Sequence record: SRR31156797_11293
Strand: one strand, 5' to 3'
DNA: 56,712 nucleotides
In this document: positions 49,655 to 56,712 of the stretch, piece after piece
Numbering within the stretch: the stretch's first letter is position 1
How the letters are laid out: the number at the start of each line of letters is the position of its first letter
Made by a program: the position numbers and the translations under genes
The notes under the pieces: generated by a model
Seen by the model: the letters and a program-made list of their open reading frames with translations, nothing else
What the model was told of the DNA's origin: nothing
The model's database searches: none

Positions 49655-50335
49655 TTACAATCTGATTTTAAAAAGTTCTTCGACAGAAATTTGTTGTTCA
49701 TGCGGGAGCATGGTGATGAGGCGAGCGAGAGGGTCAAGTTTATAGACTGTGACATGTTCAAGCATGTGTGTGGTCAAAGTCGGATCGGCATCCGGCAGAA
49801 CGACCTTCAACGCTTCTTCGCCAAAGCAAACAATATTCGGCGCGCGCCATTGTTCCCAACCTTGCCAGAACATCTGAGTACTCGGTTGAAGCGTTCCACC
49901 CGAAAGAGCTGCTACCGGCCAAAAATTCATAGTCCCGGTTGGCCACTTGAGATGAGCTTGAATATTCTTGAGAGCAGAAGAGCGTCTGGAATCCGGTTGC
50001 CCACCAAGATCAAGACCAAGTTCCATATAGGTCATGATAACTTTGGGTGCTGGCGATTTTGCAAATCGCAAAAAACCGCTCCAAGGTTCTGAAAGAGGCG
50101 GAGCGTCATAAGTTGGAGCAGATTGCTGAACCGGTGTCGTTACGGCAGTTGGATCAGGTGAAGAGGCGGGCGGAGTATTTGAATAAGCCTCGGACGAATC
50201 AACCTGTTGCTCGGGTTGCTCCACTGCAGCATTGTCAGAGCATTCGACTTCGGTGCGCAGGACAAACTCCAGACCGGACTCAACCCACGGCCTCAGGCTT
50301 TCGCGTGTTTTCAATCGAGAAGAAGGTGATCCCAT
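49655..50335 (-). CDS. Hypothetical protein, possibly degenerate uracil-DNA-glycosylase-like fold
   Basis: Overlaps the coaBC 3' end; N-terminal helix, Pro/Ser-rich linker, alpha/beta C-terminal domain. The fold call is inference. Confidence 0.7.
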   Translation of the reverse strand: MGSPSSRLKTRESLRPWVESGLEFVLRTEVECSDNAAVEQPEQQVDSSEAYSNTPPASSPDPTAVTTPVQQSAPTYDAPPLSEPWSGFLRFAKSPAPKVIMTYMELGLDLGGQPDSRRSSALKNIQAHLKWPTGTMNFWPVAALSGGTLQPSTQMFWQGWEQWRAPNIVCFGEEALKVVLPDADPTLTTHMLEHVTVYKLDPLARLITMLPHEQQISVEELFKIRL

Positions 50336-51537
50336 AATCTCCACGCCACTTCGGTTTTTGGCAACTGCGGCCAGACCTCTTTACGCCCCTGAGCGTCCAA
50401 TACAAACATTTGGTTTGTGGCCACACCGAATCCACTACCGGATTTGGAAATATCATTGGCTGCGATAAGATCGAGATTCTTCGTCTTAAGCTTCCGCGCA
50501 GCTTCATCTCTAATATTACTGGTCTCAGCGGCAAAGCCTATCAATTTTTGAGAAGCCTTTTTTGTCGAACCAAGGGTTTTCAAAATATCCTGATTGGTCT
50601 CGAACTCAACAGTAATACCTTCACCGGCAGATGTCGTCTTCTTGTATTTTTCGTCACCAAAAGGAATAGGCCGATAATCCGCTACTGCGGCCGTCAAACA
50701 GCCCATATCCATTTCAGCCCATATATCCGTACAGGCCTCAAACATCTGATTTGCCGTGGTGACGGAGACTCTGGAAATTCCGGCAGGGAAGGAGAGGGCG
50801 GTTGGACCGGTCACAACAGTAACATCAGCGCCACGCAAATAAGCAGCCATGGCCATGCACGAGCCCATGGTACCACTTGATGGATTGGACCAGAATCGAA
50901 CAGCATCCCATGGCTCACGGGTCGGCCCGAGGGAGATCAGAACTTTTTTGCCAGCAAGATCCTGCGGGCTGATGGCCTTTAATGTTGCAATGAGAATTTC
51001 ATCAACAGGAGCCAAACGACCGGTACCGGTATCGCCACAGGCAACATGCCCGGACTCGGGCTGAATGCGAATATACCCCAACTCATTGAGCATAGCCCAA
51101 TTACGCTGCGTTGCTGGAGCAGACCACATGCGAGGGTTCATGGCTGGGGCGATCAGTTTGGGACCGGGAAACGCGAGAGCCTGACAGGAAAGCATGTCGT
51201 CGGCCAAACCAAAAGCCAGCTTGGCCATGGTATTGGCGGATGCGGGGGCAATGAGCATAACATCCGCCACTTGTCCGGGTTCGAGATGATCGAAAGCAGT
51301 CTCGGAGCCGGGAGTGTCTTCAAACATGCGCGTATAGACAGGCGAAGCACCCAATGCTTCAAAGCTCAAAGGCTGAATAAATCGAGTGCATGATTCGGTC
51401 AGGGTTGCCGAAACCATACAGTCGGCCTCCTGAAAGGAACGCACGAGGTCAAGCATCTTGTAAGCTGCAATGGAGCCGGTAACACCGAGATGGACACGCT
51501 TGCCCATAAATCCGGCAAATGTGTAATGCGGTTGCAT
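50311..51537 (-). CDS. coaBC: Bifunctional phosphopantothenoylcysteine decarboxylase/synthetase
   Basis: GVTGSIAAYK, APASAN..AK, APAMN, ACG..G.GRL, GPTRE..D.VRF.SN.SSG.MG, AAVADY, GFAAET; start MQPHY (51537). Confidence 0.96.
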   Translation of the reverse strand: MQPHYTFAGFMGKRVHLGVTGSIAAYKMLDLVRSFQEADCMVSATLTESCTRFIQPLSFEALGASPVYTRMFEDTPGSETAFDHLEPGQVADVMLIAPASANTMAKLAFGLADDMLSCQALAFPGPKLIAPAMNPRMWSAPATQRNWAMLNELGYIRIQPESGHVACGDTGTGRLAPVDEILIATLKAISPQDLAGKKVLISLGPTREPWDAVRFWSNPSSGTMGSCMAMAAYLRGADVTVVTGPTALSFPAGISRVSVTTANQMFEACTDIWAEMDMGCLTAAVADYRPIPFGDEKYKKTTSAGEGITVEFETNQDILKTLGSTKKASQKLIGFAAETSNIRDEAARKLKTKNLDLIAANDISKSGSGFGVATNQMFVLDAQGRKEVWPQLPKTEVAWRLWDHLLLD

Positions 51538-51541
51538 AGTA

Positions 51542-52009
51542 CTACTTGCTCTTAAGTCCGCTGCCGGAGTCCTTGACTTCCACCGCAAAAATGGTGGTCG
51601 TGGCCTTGGCAAAGCTGTCGTCAATCTGAATGACACAACTCTTGTTGAACTTCTCGAAGTTAAGAACGTGGACCTTACTCGCCTTGTTGTTGGAAATAAG
51701 GGTCCAATTGTCCTTGGTCATGTTGTTCACAAAATACTGGACCAACTCAAGGACTTCCACACGGCCGGAAAAACGCATGATGGCAGCACGGAATTTGGAG
51801 TTATCCAATTTATAGGAGTCGTCAGCGTTGTAGTCGATCTCCTTGGGAATCATGATGTCGTCGAAATCAAGGTAGTAGTCCGGCTCCTGATACTGGGCCT
51901 CGGGTGACTGGCCAGAAGTATCGGCAGAAGAACTTGTCCCGGTGGTCGTGCATGCCATAAGCCCGCAAACAAACATGAGCGGCAGCAACAATTTGATAAA
52001 AATACGCAT
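51542..52009 (-). CDS. Lipoprotein of unknown function
   Basis: GGAGG RBS; signal peptide with lipobox LMAC; Ser/Thr linker; F.DI.IP motif. Confidence 0.85.
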   Translation of the reverse strand: MRIFIKLLLPLMFVCGLMACTTTGTSSSADTSGQSPEAQYQEPDYYLDFDDIMIPKEIDYNADDSYKLDNSKFRAAIMRFSGRVEVLELVQYFVNNMTKDNWTLISNNKASKVHVLNFEKFNKSCVIQIDDSFAKATTTIFAVEVKDSGSGLKSK

Positions 52010-52058
52010 AGTCTTCTTCCTCCGAATAACTTGAAATGTATTCAATGCTTCAATCGAT

Positions 52059-52736
52059 CTATGATGTCGGCTCTTTCAGCCTGTCGATCTTGTCTTGCAG
52101 ATATTTTTCCATCTCGCGCCTATCCTTACGGAGACGAACGAGTTCCGATTCCAAAATTTGTAACTTGGCCTTAATGTCGGACGTGTCGAACGTCAACTTC
52201 AAAGCCATTTCCTCAATCTCAGCGTCTTTCTGTTCCAAAGCCTTTGTCTGCTCGAGCAGATCATCTGGTATCATATCCTCTGAAACCGGAAGTTGTTTCA
52301 ATTTCTTCTGGCTTCGAGCGAGAAGCACAAAGGCTGTCTTGAGCTTCTGAATGTCTTCCTGCTGATTATCAATGATGGTCTTTTGATCAGCAATGACTCC
52401 CATACAGGAAGCAACTTTGCCTATTACATCATTGAAGGTAGACGCCAACTCGGCATACCCTTCAGTGCGAGGAGCAGGCACGCTTGCCCGATGATCGACT
52501 TCGATGGTCCGTGGAAACTCGGTTCTCAGGGCATCATCAATCTCGGACGTCACACGTCCTTCACCGTACAAACGGGATATGCGCTCGAAAACAACGAGAG
52601 ATTCTTCAGGGTATTTTGTGACACGCCCCATCTTGCGGCCCCCAAGGAAATCCTTGAATAGGGCAGCGTACCGACGAGCCGTCGGTGCAGGAATACGAGT
52701 AAGTTTGGCTATCTCAGCCACGGAAAGCCAATTCAT
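52059..52736 (-). CDS. MerR-type HTH + coiled-coil protein
   Basis: LSVAEIAKLTRIPAPTARRY..F..F, Y..E.L.VF..I..LY..G; long heptad-rich C-terminus. Confidence 0.85.
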   Translation of the reverse strand: MNWLSVAEIAKLTRIPAPTARRYAALFKDFLGGRKMGRVTKYPEESLVVFERISRLYGEGRVTSEIDDALRTEFPRTIEVDHRASVPAPRTEGYAELASTFNDVIGKVASCMGVIADQKTIIDNQQEDIQKLKTAFVLLARSQKKLKQLPVSEDMIPDDLLEQTKALEQKDAEIEEMALKLTFDTSDIKAKLQILESELVRLRKDRREMEKYLQDKIDRLKEPTS

Positions 52737-52894
52737 GTATATGGAATACCATGAATACCGCCAATATCAAGCCCCAAGCGTAAACCAGGGCATCTTATAG
52801 CTAATCAATTGTTATTATTGAGAAAGAAAAAGATTCCGTTGAATTTCTAGGTGTTGTACAACACTGAGTTCATACAAAATATGGATATATATTT

Positions 52895-53977
52895 ATGGAA
52901 ATACCCGAAGATTACTTGCTTGAAAGCTACAATTACGAGCTTCCAGAGGAACAGATTGCACAGGAACCGGCTGATCGTCGCGATGGTTCCCGCCTTCTTG
53001 TCCTCAATCGTGAGGCCGAAACCACCACGCCTTCTACCTTCACGGAGTTGCTAGATCACCTGCCAGACAACGCCTTGCTCGTGGCCAACAATTCCCGCGT
53101 TATTCCTGCCCGCATATTTGGCACCAAAGCCACTGGTGGCAGAGTGGAATTCCTGTTGCTCACACCGCTGCCGCTCATTAGTCCGACAAAAAAAGACGGA
53201 TGGATGACAGCTTCGGTCGAAGGACTGCTTCGCGCATCAAAGACACCCAAACCCGGTTCGACCATCTCCTTTGCCGACGATTTTCGGCTGGTCACAGACA
53301 CGGCAGGGGAATTTGGACGTTGGCAGGTTGAATTGCAATGGAAGGGTAACCTCACTGAACTCTTCACCAAGCTCGGCCATCTTCCGCTGCCTCCCTACAT
53401 CAAGAGACCTGACTCCGAAGCGGACAGGGAGCGCTATCAGACCACTTACGCCAATGAGTCAAAAACCGGCTCTGTGGCTGCCCCTACAGCGGGACTGCAT
53501 TTCACGCCCGAAATGCGCGAAAAGATCAAAAACAAAGGGATCGAGTGGGCCGAAGTCACGCTCTATGTCGGCTACGGGACATTCAGCCCGGTCAGGGCAA
53601 AGGACATCCGCGATCACAACATGCACTCCGAATACATCGAGGTGCCTGAAACAACCGCCAATGCCATTCTCAAGGCTAAAGCTGAGGGGCGTCCCGTCAT
53701 CGCGGTCGGTACGACGAGCGCCCGCACCATGGAGGGAATGGTTCGCGAATCTGGCCGAATTGGAAAATATGAAGGTGAAACTGATATTTTCATATCTCCG
53801 GGCTATGATTTTAAGGTCATTGACGGTATCTTGACCAACTTCCATTTGCCAGAATCGTCGCTCATCATTATGATCTCGGCTCTCGCTGGAAGAAAAACCA
53901 TTCTCTCAGCCTATAAGGTTGCTTTGAAAAACGGCTTTCGCTTTTTCTCCTATGGAGATGCGATGCTTATCATATAG
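52895..53977 (+). CDS. queA: S-adenosylmethionine:tRNA ribosyltransferase-isomerase
   Basis: YELPEEQIAQ, SRVIPAR, LPLPPYIKR, YQT.Y, SVAAPTAGLHFT, VGTTS, TNFHLPES, FFSYGDAM. Confidence 0.97.
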   Translation: MEIPEDYLLESYNYELPEEQIAQEPADRRDGSRLLVLNREAETTTPSTFTELLDHLPDNALLVANNSRVIPARIFGTKATGGRVEFLLLTPLPLISPTKKDGWMTASVEGLLRASKTPKPGSTISFADDFRLVTDTAGEFGRWQVELQWKGNLTELFTKLGHLPLPPYIKRPDSEADRERYQTTYANESKTGSVAAPTAGLHFTPEMREKIKNKGIEWAEVTLYVGYGTFSPVRAKDIRDHNMHSEYIEVPETTANAILKAKAEGRPVIAVGTTSARTMEGMVRESGRIGKYEGETDIFISPGYDFKVIDGILTNFHLPESSLIIMISALAGRKTILSAYKVALKNGFRFFSYGDAMLII

Positions 53978-54021
53978 CTGGATATAACCTTTTACTATCA
54001 TTCACAGAACTGGAGTAATAC

Positions 54022-54255
54022 ATGTCTCGAATCGAGGTCCAGGAAGATAGGTGCAAAGGATGTTTGCTCTGCACCACCGTCTGCCCTGTTGACATCATCG
54101 TCCAGTCGGACCGGTTCAACGTCAGCGGCTACAAAGTTGCTGAGGTACCCGAAGCTGATGCGGACAAATGTACCGGTTGCGCATCCTGCGCCATGATCTG
54201 CCCAGATGTGGCGATCACCGTTTACCGCACCCCAAAAAAGAAGGGGGGCAAATAA
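54022..54255 (+). CDS. 2x[4Fe-4S] ferredoxin-like delta subunit of 2-oxoacid:ferredoxin oxidoreductase
   Basis: CKGCLLCTTVCP and CTGCASCAMICP; GGAG RBS. Confidence 0.93.
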   Translation: MSRIEVQEDRCKGCLLCTTVCPVDIIVQSDRFNVSGYKVAEVPEADADKCTGCASCAMICPDVAITVYRTPKKKGGK

Positions 54256-54256
54256 C

Positions 54257-55327
54257 ATGACCAAAAAAGCAGAACGCATTTTTGTTAAAGGTAACGAAGC
54301 TATTGCACGCGGCGCCCTGGCTGCCAAATGTCAATGCTTCTTCGGCTATCCCATCACGCCACAGAACGACATCCCGGAGTTCATGTCTTCGGCAATGATC
54401 AAGGCTGGCGGCGATTTTGTCCAAGCTGAATCCGAAGTGGCCGCAGCAAACATGCTGCTCGGTGCCGGTGCTACCGGTATCCGCGCCATGACTTCCTCCT
54501 CTTCACCGGGCATGTCCCTGAAGCAGGAAGCCATCTCATACATGGCCGGCTCCGAAGTCCCGGCGGTTATCGTCAACATGAACCGTGGTGGACCGGGTCT
54601 CGGTGACATCGGTCCGGCTCAGGGTGACTACTACCAGTCTACCCGAGGCGGCGGTCACGGCGACTATCGTCATTTCACCTTCGGCCCCGGCACTGTTCAG
54701 GAAGCCTACGACCTGACCATCCGCGCCTTTGATATCGCCTTTGAGCATCGCACACCGGTTCTCATCCTTGGTGATGCCATTCTCGGTCAAATGAAAGAAC
54801 CCATCACCCCTTGGGAACCCGAAGGGGTTGAATCTGAAGGCGGACATGATTGGGCTATCAACGGTCGTGATGACGGTCGTGAAAAGCGTCTCATCAAATC
54901 TCTCTTCCTTCAGGAAGGTGAACTGGCGGAACAGAACAAACATCTGCAAGCCAAGTACGACTCCTGGACCGATCTGGCCGAATGCGAAGAGTTTGAAACC
55001 GAAGACGCCGATCTCATCATCTGCGCATACGGTTCCATTGGTCGCATCGCCAAATCCGCTGTTCGCAAGTTCCGCAAGGAAGGCAAAAAAGTCGGCCTGT
55101 TCCGTCCCATCACGCTGTACCCGTTCCCGTCTGCACAGCTCAAGGCTCTCGCAGATCAGGGCAAGCGTTTCCTGACCATCGAACACAATCTGGGCCAGAT
55201 GCTCGACGATGTCCGCCTCGCTATCCGTACAGTGACCGATTCGGACTTCTATCCCATCTATCCCGGCAACCTGCCCACCCCGGACGAGCTCGAGGAGCCG
55301 ATCCTCAAAAGCCTGGAGGGTAAATAA
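54257..55327 (+). CDS. vorB: 2-oxoacid:ferredoxin oxidoreductase alpha subunit (VorB-type)
   Basis: KGNEA, GYPITPQ, QAESEVAA, TSSSSPGMSLKQE, RGGPGLG, GGGHGDY; start MTKKA (54257). Confidence 0.88.
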   Translation: MTKKAERIFVKGNEAIARGALAAKCQCFFGYPITPQNDIPEFMSSAMIKAGGDFVQAESEVAAANMLLGAGATGIRAMTSSSSPGMSLKQEAISYMAGSEVPAVIVNMNRGGPGLGDIGPAQGDYYQSTRGGGHGDYRHFTFGPGTVQEAYDLTIRAFDIAFEHRTPVLILGDAILGQMKEPITPWEPEGVESEGGHDWAINGRDDGREKRLIKSLFLQEGELAEQNKHLQAKYDSWTDLAECEEFETEDADLIICAYGSIGRIAKSAVRKFRKEGKKVGLFRPITLYPFPSAQLKALADQGKRFLTIEHNLGQMLDDVRLAIRTVTDSDFYPIYPGNLPTPDELEEPILKSLEGK

Positions 55328-56098
55328 ATGTCAGAAATGAATGAAAAAATAGTATTTGAAAAGCCGGAATCCGTCATTGATCGGCCCACCCATTACTGCC
55401 CCGGCTGTCATCACGGCATCGCCCACAGGCTGATCGGTGAGTTGCTCGACGAGATGAACCTGGCCGAGAAGACCCTCATGACAACCTCCATTGGTTGCTC
55501 AGTCTTCCTCTACAATTACCTGAATGTTGATGCTGTCGAAGCTCCGCATGGTCGTGCACCCGCAGTCGCTACTGGCGTCAAACGCGCTCGCCCCGACCAT
55601 TTCGTTTTCACCTATCAGGGTGACGGCGACCTGGCTTCCATCGGCATGGCTGAAATCATGCACGCTGCCAACCGTGGTGAAAAGATGTGTGTAATTTTCG
55701 TCAACAACACGGTCTACGGCATGACCGGCGGCCAGATGGCCCCGACCACGCTCATCGGACAGGCAACCACAACGACCCCCGCAGGGCGTTGCATGACCCA
55801 CGAGGGTGCACCCATCCGCATGACTGAGATCATCGCCTCCCTCGGCGGAGTGGCCTTTGCCGCACGCGGTTCTCTCGACTCGGTCAAGAACATCCGTAAA
55901 GCCAAAAAATACATAAAAAAAGCCTTCGAATTCCAGGTCAACAACACCGGATTCGGTTTTGTCGAACTGCTTTCGGGCTGCCCGACCAACTGGAAAATGA
56001 CGCCGTTGCAGGCCAACGAACGTATCCAGAAGGAAATGATCCCGTACTTCCCGCTCGGCATCTACAAGGATGTGTCTGAGGAAGGGGGTGTCTGCTAA
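55328..56098 (+). CDS. 2-oxoacid:ferredoxin oxidoreductase beta (TPP-binding) subunit
   Basis: HYCPGCHHG, IGCS, HGRA, QGDGD..NN..YGMTGGQ, CPTNW. Confidence 0.93.
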   Translation: MSEMNEKIVFEKPESVIDRPTHYCPGCHHGIAHRLIGELLDEMNLAEKTLMTTSIGCSVFLYNYLNVDAVEAPHGRAPAVATGVKRARPDHFVFTYQGDGDLASIGMAEIMHAANRGEKMCVIFVNNTVYGMTGGQMAPTTLIGQATTTTPAGRCMTHEGAPIRMTEIIASLGGVAFAARGSLDSVKNIRKAKKYIKKAFEFQVNNTGFGFVELLSGCPTNWKMTPLQANERIQKEMIPYFPLGIYKDVSEEGGVC

Positions 56099-56640
56099 TG
56101 CGTTACATCGATTCCATCATCGCGGGTTTCGGTGGCCAGGGCGTCATGCTCATCGGTAACCTGCTCGCTTACGCAGGCATGAAAGACGGTCTCAACGTCA
56201 CCTACATCCCGGTCTACGGCCCGGAGATGCGTGGCGGTACCGCAAACTGCACAGTCGTGCTTTCTCAGGAAGACATTGGCTCGCCCATCATTCACAGGCC
56301 CAAATCGCTCATCGCCATGAACCGCCCGTCTCTGGACAAATTCCAGCCACGAGTTGAAGACGGCGGAGTGCATATCATCAACTCCTCACTCATCGACATG
56401 GAGTTGGCTGATACTGATCGTCTGAAATGCTACGGCGTTCCCTGCAACGAGATCGCCGACGAGCTGGGGAACACCCGCATGGCCAACATGGTCGCCATCG
56501 GCGCATTTGTGCAGGCTACCGGAATCATATCTCTCGACGCCGTCATCGGCTCCCTTGAGAACGTGATCTCCGCGCGCTATCACAAGCTCATCCCCGCCAA
56601 CACAGAAGCCATCAAAGCCGGCGCCAAGCACGTCAGCTAG
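56098..56640 (+). CDS. 2-oxoacid:ferredoxin oxidoreductase gamma subunit
   Basis: AGFGGQGV, YGPEMRGG, NMV.IGA; TAATG overlap with the beta subunit. Confidence 0.93.
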   Translation: MRYIDSIIAGFGGQGVMLIGNLLAYAGMKDGLNVTYIPVYGPEMRGGTANCTVVLSQEDIGSPIIHRPKSLIAMNRPSLDKFQPRVEDGGVHIINSSLIDMELADTDRLKCYGVPCNEIADELGNTRMANMVAIGAFVQATGIISLDAVIGSLENVISARYHKLIPANTEAIKAGAKHVS

Positions 56641-56660
56641 ATCGGTTACACGGTTTAATT

Positions 56661-56701
56661 AAAAGCCCGCTGTCAGCAAATGCTGACAGCGGGCTTTTTT
56701 T
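56661..56701 (+). terminator. Strong, probably bidirectional, intrinsic terminator
   Basis: AAAAGCCCGCTGTCAGCA(56661-78)/TGCTGACAGCGGGCTTTT(56681-98) followed by further Ts. Confidence 0.92.
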
Positions 56702-56712
56702 GTCTCCGACGG

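Noticed and set aside
54536..55186. 216-aa minus strand ORF
   Set aside because: Antisense shadow of the oxidoreductase alpha subunit.

Overview
A 56.7-kb core-chromosome segment, probably from a sulfate-reducing Desulfovibrionaceae bacterium (Pseudodesulfovibrio-like). The taxonomy is inferred from gene content and order, not from a marker gene. I found no rRNA, tRNA, CRISPR array, integrase or transposase. The left half (1-31 kb) is dense in signalling genes: EAL-HDOD, a stand-alone HD protein, two HD-GYP proteins, a GGDEF cyclase, a DAC-fold protein with a variant motif, two hybrid histidine kinases, an ErcA/ErcS-like pair and an MCP with an extra C-terminal Cache-like domain. These are interspersed with murI, hcp, dusB and mobA. 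The middle (31-42 kb) holds efflux and regulator genes: RND plus MFP, two TetRs with visible tandem operators, a lone MacB-like permease, a DUF3431-like gene, and MATE/MarR. The right part (42-56.7 kb) is housekeeping and probably origin-proximal: pfkA, heptose kinase, parB, a Zn-ribbon gene, parA with two perfect parS sites, an NDP-sugar epimerase, coaBC, queA and a four-gene Vor-type 2-oxoacid:ferredoxin oxidoreductase operon. The best leads are an unannotated ~385-nt structured RNA candidate (22.67-23.06 kb), the DAC-fold protein with RHR replaced by RFN, a catalytically eroded UDG-like protein after coaBC, RacA-like and Zn-ribbon genes around parABS, a Xis/BldC-like gene preceded by phased repeats, and an orphan Rap1a-like protein. 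All family calls come from motif recognition by eye; no database search was run.
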